Shown piece by piece: positions 46,179-55,472 of a stretch of DNA of 64,000 nt; the stretch's first letter is position 1; the number at the start of each line of letters is the position of its first letter. The notes below the pieces were generated by a model. That model ran no database searches. It had not been told where the DNA came from and saw only the letters and a list, made by a program, of their open reading frames with translations. This stretch comes from Bdellovibrionales bacterium RIFOXYD1_FULL_55_31 (GTDB lineage: Bacteria > Bdellovibrionota > UBA1018). The stretch is from NCBI GenBank assembly GCA_001770175.1, contig MEQK01000086.1, positions 1,521 through 65,520 on the forward strand, in the 5' to 3' direction. A program made the translations under genes and the position numbers.

Positions 46179-47072
46179 CTAGAAGCGGTAGAAAAGTCCG
46201 CCGCCAAATTTCAGTCCCGAGAGGCTGAGGTTAGCCGAGACGCGCTGCCCTCCGTAGAGCCCCGGAACATCGCTGATGCTGAGAGAGGTGTAGGTGGCGT
46301 TCCCTTCAATTCCGAAACGGTAACCAAAAAGGGACTTCTTGGCGCTGATTCCGGCGGAAAGAAAGAAGGTCATCATGTTTTCGGTGACGATCGCCTTCTC
46401 GAGAGTCGTGTGCGTGACAGCGGCCCGAACGACTCCGGGGCCGGCCGTTACGGCGACCATGAAACCTGGAGTGCTGAAGAGAGTTTGAGCGTAGAGAAAG
46501 GATGTATAAAGAAGTGAAAGGTCGTAGGACCCGGAAGCGCCTGACGCGAGCAATTTGTCTGAGAACGAGAGTTTTCCGAGCCCGAGGGCGAGGCTTGATG
46601 AACGTCCCAGGCGTTGTCCGAGTTCAAGGCCGAAGCCCATGGATCCGACTGTTCGAGCGGATTCTCCGATCGCTTGTTGGAAATCCGCCGGGCTCACGCT
46701 CAAAAGCCCCGCTCCGAGGCCGAGCCAATACTCAAGTCGAGGCTCCCTTCGCGAACCTGAACGCCCTGATGGCGAAGAATTCGACCGCCGTCCCGCGGGT
46801 TGCGCGGCAATCTGGACAGAATCGGCTCTGACCCAGGCAGAATCATGTCCTTTCCAGGGACGCGAGAAAAAAACTTTGTACCAGCCGTCTTCCGGACCCT
46901 CCACCATCACGGCATTGCCGATCTGGTAACGACCGAGGATCTGACTGCGAGGGTTGGGTTCCACATGCACGGCTGCGGGACGGGAAATCCTTCCGCGCAT
47001 AGACTCGGCGAATGCCAAACGGGGAATGAGTCCCAGCGAGAGCGCCAGGATGAAGAGCTTGGCGGCTTTCAT
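46179..47072 (-). CDS. outer-membrane protein with N-terminal SH3b-like domain and C-terminal beta-barrel
   Basis: Signal peptide (KLFILALSLGLIPRLAFA). SH3b-like segment (RYQIGNAVMVEGPEDGWYKVFF...AWVRADSV). C-terminal barrel-like region ending GGGLFYRF. Confidence 0.45.
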   Translation of the reverse strand: MKAAKLFILALSLGLIPRLAFAESMRGRISRPAAVHVEPNPRSQILGRYQIGNAVMVEGPEDGWYKVFFSRPWKGHDSAWVRADSVQIAAQPAGRRSNSSPSGRSGSRREPRLEYWLGLGAGLLSVSPADFQQAIGESARTVGSMGFGLELGQRLGRSSSLALGLGKLSFSDKLLASGASGSYDLSLLYTSFLYAQTLFSTPGFMVAVTAGPGVVRAAVTHTTLEKAIVTENMMTFFLSAGISAKKSLFGYRFGIEGNATYTSLSISDVPGLYGGQRVSANLSLSGLKFGGGLFYRF

Positions 47073-48139
47073 CGAGTACCTCGTTTCCAGGATTCGGAGA
47101 ATGTGAGTATTCCGTCAGTCTCCCGCACGAACCCGAAAGGATCATCTTTGATGAGAAGAAATCCGTCGAGGTCAGCGTAGTCGACCAATGAGCAGAGGCT
47201 CATGGCTGAGGCAATCCCCAAGGATGTTTCGACCATGCATCCCAGCATGGTCCGCATGCCATGGGCCCTCGCTTTTCTGAGGAGGTCGATCGCCGTTAGA
47301 TAACCGCCGGATTTCATTAATTTGACGTTCACGCCAGAAAAAAGCGATTTTAGCTCATCGAAATCCGCGGTGTTCTCGATCGACTCATCAGCGATCAGCG
47401 GAAAGGGCATACGCGGTAGGATTTCCCGATAAGCTTCTTTCATCGACGAAGGAAGCGGTTGTTCGACGAATTCGATATTCTTGCCCTTGAGGCTTTCGAC
47501 GAATCGCATGAAATCGGAGGGGTCCGTCCAGGATTCGTTCGCATCAATCCGGAGTTTTTGGTTGCTGAGCCGCGCGACGGCGTCGATCGTGTCCTTGCCG
47601 GTTTCGGCATCCACCTTGATCTTGAGCGAAGGAAAGCGGCCAAGCGGACGCATGAATGCCTCGAGCTCGGATTCATCCATGATCGGCACGGAAAAGGAAG
47701 TCGCGATTTGGGTAGCGGCCGGAAGCTTGAGAAAGCGATTCACGGCGACTCCGAGCTTTTCACTTTGGAGATGGACCCAGGCGGACTCAATGCCGAATCG
47801 AAGGGCGTTACACAGGTTCAGCTCATTCAGCCAACTGTTGAACTCGACCAGAGTCATGGAAGACAACGCTTTGGCCGACGCGGCCTTTTCGAACGTCGCG
47901 AATTGGGCTTCGATGACTTCAGGGGTGTTGTTGTAACGGGTGTTAGGGGCTATTTCGCCCATCGCGCTTTTTGTGCCGTCGTCCAACGTCAGAAAGTAGC
48001 TCTCCTTGCAATCGAGAGAGCCCCTCGAGATTCTCCACAAGAACCGAAGAGGTAAAGTTTTTTTCTCAAGCTTCCAGTGCAGCTCGTCGGGCTTTGGCGT
48101 TTTTGGCATCCCTGAAATGATAGCAGCGAAATGTGGCAA
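47069..48139 (-). CDS. enolase-superfamily enzyme (L-Ala-D/L-Glu epimerase / o-succinylbenzoate synthase-like)
   Basis: 356 aa; KIDANESW (metal-binding Asp region), FVEQPLP and ADES motifs in the order seen in the MR/MLE subgroup; 4-nt overlap with downstream SH3b-OMP gene. Confidence 0.6.
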   Translation of the reverse strand: MPHFAAIISGMPKTPKPDELHWKLEKKTLPLRFLWRISRGSLDCKESYFLTLDDGTKSAMGEIAPNTRYNNTPEVIEAQFATFEKAASAKALSSMTLVEFNSWLNELNLCNALRFGIESAWVHLQSEKLGVAVNRFLKLPAATQIATSFSVPIMDESELEAFMRPLGRFPSLKIKVDAETGKDTIDAVARLSNQKLRIDANESWTDPSDFMRFVESLKGKNIEFVEQPLPSSMKEAYREILPRMPFPLIADESIENTADFDELKSLFSGVNVKLMKSGGYLTAIDLLRKARAHGMRTMLGCMVETSLGIASAMSLCSLVDYADLDGFLLIKDDPFGFVRETDGILTFSESWKRGTR

Positions 48140-48162
48140 AGCAAAGCCCGCCTGCTTGCGTT

Positions 48163-49104
48163 TTAACCCCAGTCCAGCAGGTCATTGTGGATTTCAGTCG
48201 CCGCGACGGCCGCCTGCCCGGCCGCGACCGAGATCTGACCGAGCAGGTTCACGCAATCACCGACGGCAAAGAGTCCCGGGATCGAAAGCCGCTGTTCGAT
48301 CGAGGTGACAAGGTACCCTTCGGTGCTCCTGTGAAGCCCCTTCAGATGGGCAAAAGCGGAGTCCCTGACCCTGCTTCCAAGTTCAACATAAGCGACTCGG
48401 CAGAATCTCGAAGGACCATGCTCCGGATGTATCCAGAGCCCATGGGGAGCTTTGGAAGCCTGAAGTCGGAAATGATTGCAGCGCGTGATCCTGATTCTCG
48501 CTTTTTTGAGCTGGTTCGACCGTTCCGTGGATATCAAGAAATCTTCAGGAATAATGAGGCGGGTTCGTTCCGTCCAATGGCGAATGAACAGTGCCTTCTG
48601 GATGCCCGTGTCGTCGGCGGCGATAACGGCCACTTCCTGGTCCCTGAATTCGTAGGCATCGCAAATTGAACAATAGCGAAGCAGTCCTTTTTCACGCAAC
48701 TCGACCAGATTCTCGATTGCGGGCTGGTTGTCTTCAATCCCCGTGGCGAGAATCACGGTACGGGCGATGAAGCTCGGAATTCGATTGACGGAAACCGAAA
48801 ACCCCGTCGTGACCGGATCGATCCGAGCTTGTCCCTTGATGACGGGAACGTGCAGGGCGGTGATTTGGCGGCGCAAACGCTTCAGGAGAAGGTCGCCCGA
48901 AATTCCGCGTTCTTGGCCGAGAATGTTGTGACTTTTTGGAATCCAGGCGGCCCGCGGTTTGCCATCGTTGATGAGGACGACTTTGCGTCTGAAGCGTGCC
49001 AGGTACAGTGCTGACACGAGGCCTCCCGGACCGCCGCCGATCACCGCGCAATCGAGTTTGGAAATCACGCTTCGTGCCATCGTGTATGCTTTTGCTAACT
49101 GCAA
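48163..49104 (-). CDS. thioredoxin-reductase-like NAD(P)/FAD-dependent oxidoreductase
   Basis: CAVIGGGPGGLVSALYLAR FAD-binding motif. Second dinucleotide motif (VAVIAADDTG). CSIC in place of canonical CATC redox dithiol. C-terminal GDCVN motif. Confidence 0.55.
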   Translation of the reverse strand: MQLAKAYTMARSVISKLDCAVIGGGPGGLVSALYLARFRRKVVLINDGKPRAAWIPKSHNILGQERGISGDLLLKRLRRQITALHVPVIKGQARIDPVTTGFSVSVNRIPSFIARTVILATGIEDNQPAIENLVELREKGLLRYCSICDAYEFRDQEVAVIAADDTGIQKALFIRHWTERTRLIIPEDFLISTERSNQLKKARIRITRCNHFRLQASKAPHGLWIHPEHGPSRFCRVAYVELGSRVRDSAFAHLKGLHRSTEGYLVTSIEQRLSIPGLFAVGDCVNLLGQISVAAGQAAVAATEIHNDLLDWG

Positions 49105-50098
49105 AAGAAGTACCCCGTCGCGAGGTCAAATTGACGGGGCGACTGCGGTCCTTTATGCTCAAGCTACTTTGGAATCCCTCAGGGTTATCAGCATCGGGGA
49201 TTGCGCTCGCCCCGGCGACTATGTGCTTCATTCGCGATTTGAACGAGTGCTGAATTTTGAGCGCCTTGGCGATGGCGGTGAATTGGTTTCGCTTGTTTCC
49301 GAGTCCATCGGGAATGGCCCGGGTAATATCGTGCTCGATGAACTCCCGAACCTGCCGGAGCGATGCGAGCCGGCGCTTCTCAAGATTCGAAGCAATCGCA
49401 TGACGCTCGAGAGCCGGAGCTGGGCGATTCCGGATTCGTGTTTTTACGATTCAAAGTTTCAGCTTTCCGGACCAGACGGGTTTTCTGGATTCAGAAATGC
49501 CTGGGCATGTTTTAAAAAAGAACTCCTCAGCTCGGCTCCCGAGAAGTGCCTTGTTTTCTTGCTTGAGCCCGCTCGGGAGGCCGCATTTCGCACCCGTTTC
49601 GATGCCGCGGTCGTGGCACGTTTTAAACAGGCGGCCGAATTCATCCGAGCGGATACACGCGGGGATGAGCCGTTGCTGGAAAAGGGGCTTGCGCTCGTGC
49701 AGCGGCTGGGGTGGGGGTTGACGCCGAGCGGGGATGATTTCGTGGCCGGGCTTTTGATCGGCGCTTATGCCCTGGGCGAGTTGACGCGATGGGGTTATGA
49801 GATCGATCGAGAATGGCTGTCACGCCTGGCCCGAGCGGAACGAAAGCCGGCGAACTTGATCTCGGGACAGTTTCAAACCTTCGCCGAGAACGGTTGTCTC
49901 TGTTGGCGCTGGAAAGCTTTGTTCGAGACTCTTTTCGGGAGTGCGGGCCTTCAGGCCTCCGCTGGAATCGAAGCGGCCACACGACGGATACTTGAAATCG
50001 GATCGAGTTCCGGCGCCGACACGGCCGCGGGAGTCGTATTGGCGATCGAGCGTGGGATGAAAATGACAGAAGGAGACCGAAATGGCAGCGCATTGTGA
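49082..50098 (+). CDS. DUF2877 (YlbF-like) protein
   Basis: Frame of track ORF 48959..50098. Start uncertain (no in-frame ATG after the convergent upstream gene; GTG at 49082 proposed). Gene order DUF2877-FdrA-DUF1116 matches the fdrA-ylbE-ylbF association known from E. coli. Confidence 0.45.
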   Translation: MYAFANCKRSTPSRGQIDGATAVLYAQATLESLRVISIGDCARPGDYVLHSRFERVLNFERLGDGGELVSLVSESIGNGPGNIVLDELPNLPERCEPALLKIRSNRMTLESRSWAIPDSCFYDSKFQLSGPDGFSGFRNAWACFKKELLSSAPEKCLVFLLEPAREAAFRTRFDAAVVARFKQAAEFIRADTRGDEPLLEKGLALVQRLGWGLTPSGDDFVAGLLIGAYALGELTRWGYEIDREWLSRLARAERKPANLISGQFQTFAENGCLCWRWKALFETLFGSAGLQASAGIEAATRRILEIGSSSGADTAAGVVLAIERGMKMTEGDRNGSAL

Positions 50099-51641
50099 GG
50101 TCAGAAAAGGGGAGTATCACGATTCCGTCACCCTCATGCGGGTCGCGAAGTTTTTGTCGCAACAGGACGGGGTCACGGACTCCGCGGTCGTCATGGCGAC
50201 GGAAGAAAACAAACTGATCCTCAAGGTTGCGGGGCTTTTCGGCCCGGAGGTCGCGAAGGCCACCGAGGTCGACCTCGTGATCGGTGTTCAGGCCGCTTCT
50301 GGAGAGCTGGCCGCGAAGCTGGTTCAGGCAGCGGTTCAGGAGTTGAAGAAAAAATCGAGAACCGGAGCAGGCGGCCCACGGCCGAGGAGTCTTGATTCGG
50401 CGCTTGAGTTACAACCGGCCGCGAACCTGGCCCTGATTTCGATCGCCGGTCGCTACGCCGCTGCTGAAGCACGAAAAGCCCTGGAACGCGGGCTTCATGT
50501 GATGTTGTTCTCGGACAACATTCCCCTTGAGGCTGAAGTGGCGCTGAAGAAATTCGGCGCTTCCCGCGGACTCCTCGTCATGGGCCCGGACGCCGGTACC
50601 GCGATTATAGGCGGGGTTCCGCTTGCGTTCGCGAATCACGTCAGCGCCGGAAAAATCGGAATCGTAGCCGCTTCCGGAACGGGTCTTCAGGAGGCATCCT
50701 GCCTGATCTCGAATCTGGGTCAGGGGATTTCGCAGGCGATCGGCACGGGTGGTCGGGACGTCAAAAAAGAAGTCGGGGGAATCATGTTCCTCCACGCCAT
50801 CGACAGCTTGCTGAGGGACCCCGGTACCGAGGTTCTGCTTCTCATTTCGAAGCCGCCTCATCCCGAGGTTTTGGAAAAGATCCTCGACAAAGTTCGCGGC
50901 GCGAAAAAGCCGGTGATTGCGACGTTCCTGGGCTCTCCAGCCGCCGATCCGGCGGGAAATGTGATCGCTACGGCGACCCTCGAGGACGGGGCGCTGAAGG
51001 CGGTTTGTGCCGTATCCGGACGCGACCTCCGCGAAGCCGATGAAGAACTCGCGAAGGCGGCGATCGCCCGCGAAGGGCGCGCGAGGGCCGAAGCGGGCCG
51101 GCTCTCCGAAGGACAGAAGTATTTAAGGGGACTTTATACGGGGGGAACTTTTGTCGCCGAAACGCAGGTCCTCGCCGCGACCAGGTTGCGCGACCTTCAT
51201 TCGAACGCTCCTTTCGGCTCGTCAAAGGCAGCAAGCGATCCGCTCCGGAGCCGTGCTCACACCGTCATCGACTTCGGCGAAGACGAGTTCACCCTGGGGC
51301 GCCCTCACCCGATGATTGATTTCTCCCTTCGCAATAAACGGATATTGGAAGAGGCACGTGATCCTGAAACGGCGGTTCTTCTGCTCGACCTCGTGCTGGG
51401 CTGGGGCGCGAATCGCGATCCGCTCCCGGAGCTTCTTCCGGTCTTGAACCAGGCGCGAGCGACCGCGCGCGCGGCGGGACGGTATTTGCCGATTGTCATT
51501 TCCGTGACCGGCACGGACTCCGACCCGCAGTGCCGCTCGAAAATCGTAAAAGCACTGAACGAAGCTCAGGTCATCGTGGAGAATTCAAACGCCGCGGCTG
51601 CTGATCTTGCCATCAAGATCGCCGAATTCGCGGGGAGGTGA
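50082..51641 (+). CDS. fdrA: FdrA-family protein (acyl-CoA synthetase/succinyl-CoA-synthetase-alpha-like)
   Basis: Strong collinear similarity to E. coli FdrA as recalled: ANLALISIAGRYAAAEARKAL, LHVMLFSDNIPLEAEVALK, GLLVMGPDAGTAIIGGVPLAFAN, GIVAASGTGLQE, FTLGRPHPMID, GTDSDPQCRS. Confidence 0.8.
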   Translation: MAAHCEVRKGEYHDSVTLMRVAKFLSQQDGVTDSAVVMATEENKLILKVAGLFGPEVAKATEVDLVIGVQAASGELAAKLVQAAVQELKKKSRTGAGGPRPRSLDSALELQPAANLALISIAGRYAAAEARKALERGLHVMLFSDNIPLEAEVALKKFGASRGLLVMGPDAGTAIIGGVPLAFANHVSAGKIGIVAASGTGLQEASCLISNLGQGISQAIGTGGRDVKKEVGGIMFLHAIDSLLRDPGTEVLLLISKPPHPEVLEKILDKVRGAKKPVIATFLGSPAADPAGNVIATATLEDGALKAVCAVSGRDLREADEELAKAAIAREGRARAEAGRLSEGQKYLRGLYTGGTFVAETQVLAATRLRDLHSNAPFGSSKAASDPLRSRAHTVIDFGEDEFTLGRPHPMIDFSLRNKRILEEARDPETAVLLLDLVLGWGANRDPLPELLPVLNQARATARAAGRYLPIVISVTGTDSDPQCRSKIVKALNEAQVIVENSNAAAADLAIKIAEFAGR

Positions 51642-53059
51642 TTGCCATGGGAGAAATTTTTGAACAAAAGCTGTCTGTCATCAATATCGGTCTTGAATCT
51701 TTTACCGAGCCCTTCAGGAATCGCGGGGTGCCCTTTGTTCAAGTCGATTTCAAGCCCGGTTTGAATCTGCCCCCGGAGCTCAGGGAGAGGCTTGCCGCGA
51801 ATTCGCAAGTGATCGAACTCGCGAATCGCGTCGCAATGGACCGGATTCTCTCCGCGCGTCCCGCCCTTGTCGGCATGGGGTTGGCGGGCGACCTGATACC
51901 CGGTATGCGGAAAACGCGCATTCTCCATGCGGGGCCGCCCATCGAGTGGGATCGGATGTGCGGACCGATGAAAGGCGGGATTATCGGCGCGCTGATGTAT
52001 GAAGGGCTTGCCGCAAGTCCGGAGGAAGCCGAACGGCTTGCCGGGAGCAGGGAGATCGAGTTCTCGCCGTGCCATGAACATGCTTCAGTCGGTCCGATGG
52101 CCGGAATTATTTCAGCTTCCATGCCGGTCTTTATCGTCAAGAACGAGGCTTTCGGGAATGTGGCCTACGCGACCCAAAATGAGGGGCTCGGGAAGGTACT
52201 TCGTTACGGAGCTTACGGCGAAGAGGTGATCCGGCGGCTCAAATGGATGGATGCAACCCTGTATCCCGTTCTGAAGCGAGCGATAGAGAAGTTGGGCAAA
52301 GTCGATTTAAAGGCAATCATAGCTCAGGCTCTGCACATGGGAGACGAGGTTCACAACAGAAATCGCGCGGCAACCTCGTTGCTCTATCGCGCGCTCGCGC
52401 CCGCGATCGCCGAAACGGCCGAAAGCCCATCCCAGGCGGCCGCGGTTTTGAATTTCATCAACGGGAACGATCATTTCTTTTTGAATCTTTCGATGGCCGC
52501 TTCCAAGGCGACGCTTCAGGCGGCACAGCTCGGGGAGGGTGTCGAGCACTCCAGCCTCGTGCTGACGATGGCCCGGAACGGTACCGAGTTCGGTATTCAG
52601 CTCGTCGGTACCGGGAGTACCTGGTATACGGGGCCCGCTCCCGTTCCGGACGCGCTCTTCTTCAAGGGCTATACGAAAGCCGACGCGAATCCCGACATCG
52701 GCGACAGCGCGATCACCGAGACGGCCGGATTGGGCGGTTTCGCGATCGCGGCCTCGCCCGCGATCGTGCAGTTCGTGGGAGGAGAAGCGCAGGACGCGAC
52801 CAACTATACTCTTCAGATGTACGAGATCACGGCCGCGGAAAATAATGTTTACCAGATTCCGTTTCTCGATTTCAGGGGTACTCCGACCGGAATCGACGTC
52901 CGCAAGGTCGTCGAAAAGAACATTTTGCCTTTCATCGATACCGGCGTGGCTCACAAAAAACCGGGAATCGGGCAGGTGGGCGCGGGAGTCCTGAGCGCGC
53001 CTCCGGAGCCGTTTCTCAAGGCGGCGGAGGGATTGGCGAGGGGAATTCGCTCTTCTTGA
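51638..53059 (+). CDS. DUF1116 (YlbE-like) protein
   Basis: ATGA-type overlap with fdrA. N-terminus LSVINIGLESF matches the segment following FdrA in the E. coli fdrA-ylbE region. 473 aa. Confidence 0.65.
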   Translation: MIAMGEIFEQKLSVINIGLESFTEPFRNRGVPFVQVDFKPGLNLPPELRERLAANSQVIELANRVAMDRILSARPALVGMGLAGDLIPGMRKTRILHAGPPIEWDRMCGPMKGGIIGALMYEGLAASPEEAERLAGSREIEFSPCHEHASVGPMAGIISASMPVFIVKNEAFGNVAYATQNEGLGKVLRYGAYGEEVIRRLKWMDATLYPVLKRAIEKLGKVDLKAIIAQALHMGDEVHNRNRAATSLLYRALAPAIAETAESPSQAAAVLNFINGNDHFFLNLSMAASKATLQAAQLGEGVEHSSLVLTMARNGTEFGIQLVGTGSTWYTGPAPVPDALFFKGYTKADANPDIGDSAITETAGLGGFAIAASPAIVQFVGGEAQDATNYTLQMYEITAAENNVYQIPFLDFRGTPTGIDVRKVVEKNILPFIDTGVAHKKPGIGQVGAGVLSAPPEPFLKAAEGLARGIRSS

Positions 53060-53166
53060 CGCGGCGCCAATATTGTTTCGAATCTCCGCGTTTCGTCAAT
53101 GCCCGCTACCCCCTGCCTGAAATTTCGATTAGTCTATGCGAATAAAACGGTGAAAGGGAAAGTCCG

Positions 53167-54024
53167 ATGAAACGTAAAGTTAAAAAGTCCGCACCACGAA
53201 AGTCTTCGCAAGAAGCCGAGTTTCTCAACTTCATGAGTCGTCTTAAAATGTACGACCTCACGCAAAGACTGAGTGTCCACACGCCGCCTTGGCCGAGCTA
53301 TATCCCTCTCAGTATCCAGTACTTCAAGCGAATCGCGGGCGCGCACATGGGACAGGGGGCGAACGGCCAGGTCATCACGACGAGCAATCACGTCGGGACC
53401 CACATTGATGGCGAAATTCATTTTCATGCCTCCGGCCGTTCCATCGGTCAGGTCCCGATGCATGAATGGGTCGGGCCGGGTGTGGTCGCTGATATTTCAG
53501 ACGCGGTTTCGGATTACAGCCTTTACACGCCGAAAATGATCACCGACCGGGTTGAGGTGAAAAAGGGCGATATTCTGCTCATCAACACCGGTTATCACAA
53601 ATATGCCTGGGACCAGAAGCAGAGTGACGAAGTCCGCTATTTCGTTCGCCATCCGGGACCGTCACCTGAATTTCACAAATGGGCTCTCAAGATGAAAATC
53701 AAATGGATCGGCGTGGATTGTGGCAGTGCCGATCACCCGATGAACACGATCATCCGGAAGTGGCATCCCGACGCGTTTCTCGCGGCCGAGCAGAAGCTCA
53801 AGGAACAGTTCAACGGAAAGAGCTGGGACGAGGTTTTTCCGCAGGACGAGTATTATCAAGTCATGCATCTGAAGCTTTTCCCGAAGCGGCTCGTTCATGC
53901 GGAGAACGTTGGCGGTGAAATCGCGAAGCTCTCGAATCGGCGCGTGTACATCGGGCTCTTTCCCGTAAAGGGGATCGAGCTTGAGTCGGCCTTCTGCCGC
54001 ATTGTCGCCTGGGATGCACCGTAG
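53167..54024 (+). CDS. cyclase-family protein (kynurenine formamidase-like metal-dependent hydrolase)
   Basis: 285 aa; HxGTHxD-type motif (HVGTHIDGEIHF) near N-terminus characteristic of putative cyclase/arylformamidase family. Confidence 0.55.
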   Translation: MKRKVKKSAPRKSSQEAEFLNFMSRLKMYDLTQRLSVHTPPWPSYIPLSIQYFKRIAGAHMGQGANGQVITTSNHVGTHIDGEIHFHASGRSIGQVPMHEWVGPGVVADISDAVSDYSLYTPKMITDRVEVKKGDILLINTGYHKYAWDQKQSDEVRYFVRHPGPSPEFHKWALKMKIKWIGVDCGSADHPMNTIIRKWHPDAFLAAEQKLKEQFNGKSWDEVFPQDEYYQVMHLKLFPKRLVHAENVGGEIAKLSNRRVYIGLFPVKGIELESAFCRIVAWDAP

Positions 54025-54044
54025 GCTTCGGAAAGGAGAACTCG

Positions 54045-54944
54045 TTGCCCATCACTCATTCGTTTGATTATCAGAAACCCGGCTCCCTCAGGGAGGCGCT
54101 CGCGCTGCTCGCGCGAAAAAGTGCGGTCGCACTCGCGGGCGGGACTGACCTGATCGGGCATCTCAAGGAGGGACTTGTTTCGCCCGAGCTTCTCGTGGAC
54201 CTCAAGGGGCTGAAAGAACTGAAAAAGATCGAGCACCGGGGTGGCGCGCTTCACATCGGCGCGCTCGTGACTTTTGCCGAGGTGATCGACTCGAAGGTGA
54301 TCGGCAAGAAACTGCCGGTTCTCGCGGAGATCGCAAGAAAGGTCGCTTCGGTTGGCATTCGCAATCGGGCCACACTGGTGGGAAATCTCTGCTCGGCCGT
54401 CCCTTGTCTCGACACGGGCCCGATCCTCGTCGCGATGGACGCTCTCGTTCTCGTGAAGGGGAAAAGGGGAAGCCGGAAAATTCCGGCGGAAAAGTGGTTC
54501 ATCGCTCCTCGAAAGACGGCACGAAAGCCGGGCGAACTCGTGACAGGGATTTCGATACCGCTCCCGCGCGGAAAGGCCGCGGCCTGCTACCTCAAGCTTG
54601 GCCGTTACCGGGGCGAGGATCTTGCGCAAGCGAGCGTGTTCGTTTCGATAGAACAGAGTTCGCGCGGTGCAAAGGCCCGGAACTTCCGGGTCGCCTTTGG
54701 TTCCGTCGGCCCTGTTCCGTGCCGCGCGCGAAAAATCGAGAAGGCGCTCGCTGCGGGCGGTGCTTTGATCGACATGGTTGCTCTGAAGAAGCTTGTCCCA
54801 GCCGAGATCTCGCCGATTACAGACATCCGGGCTTCGAAGGAATACCGGCTTCACATGTGCCAGGTGATGCTTGAACGTGCTCTGGCCGCGGCCGATGGAC
54901 GGCTGAACGGAACGGGACCGGCTTACGGCGCCAGCCTTCTTTGA
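54045..54944 (+). CDS. molybdenum hydroxylase FAD-binding (medium) subunit, CoxM/XdhB-like
   Basis: 299 aa; FxYxxPxSLxEA start (FDYQKPGSLREAL), AGGTDL FAD-binding motif, CO-dehydrogenase-flavoprotein C-terminal segment. Confidence 0.75.
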   Translation: MPITHSFDYQKPGSLREALALLARKSAVALAGGTDLIGHLKEGLVSPELLVDLKGLKELKKIEHRGGALHIGALVTFAEVIDSKVIGKKLPVLAEIARKVASVGIRNRATLVGNLCSAVPCLDTGPILVAMDALVLVKGKRGSRKIPAEKWFIAPRKTARKPGELVTGISIPLPRGKAAACYLKLGRYRGEDLAQASVFVSIEQSSRGAKARNFRVAFGSVGPVPCRARKIEKALAAGGALIDMVALKKLVPAEISPITDIRASKEYRLHMCQVMLERALAAADGRLNGTGPAYGASLL

Positions 54945-54980
54945 CCCCTTTTGGGACCCCTTTTGGGAGATGGAGATCGC

Positions 54981-55472
54981 GTGAAAAAAAGAATTCGTTT
55001 TGTCCTGAACGGTGAAAAGAGGGCGATCGATGTCGCGCCTCAAGAAACCCTGCTCGAAGCTCTGCGGGATGGGCTCGGCGTGAAGAGTCCGAAGTGCGGC
55101 TGTGACCGCGGGGATTGCGGCACGTGCACGGTCATGATCGACGGGCGAACGGTCCGTAGCTGCCTCGTTCTGGGGGTTGAAGTCGACGGGGCGGTCGTGA
55201 CGACCCTCGAAGGCGTCATGGAAAACGGCGAGCTCAGCCCGCTCCAGCAGGCTTTTCTGGATCGTAATGCGTTTCAATGCGGGTTTTGCGCACCGGGAAT
55301 GATCATGTCGGCCACGGAACTCCTTGCGAGGAATGAACAGCCCACGCGGGAAGAGGTGCAGGAAGGACTTGCCGGGAACCTATGCCGCTGCACGGGCTAT
55401 TCCCCGATCATCGATGCGGTGCTCGAGACGGCGGGAGTTGTGCCGAAGGGGGGCAGAGATGAGCGGCCATAA
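54981..55472 (+). CDS. molybdenum hydroxylase (2Fe-2S) small subunit, CoxS/XdhC-like
   Basis: GTG start after GGAGATGGAG. IRFVLNGEK N-terminus. Ferredoxin-type CGCDRGDCGTCTV cluster and second cluster QCGFCAPGMIMS ... CRCTGY. Confidence 0.8.
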   Translation: MKKRIRFVLNGEKRAIDVAPQETLLEALRDGLGVKSPKCGCDRGDCGTCTVMIDGRTVRSCLVLGVEVDGAVVTTLEGVMENGELSPLQQAFLDRNAFQCGFCAPGMIMSATELLARNEQPTREEVQEGLAGNLCRCTGYSPIIDAVLETAGVVPKGGRDERP

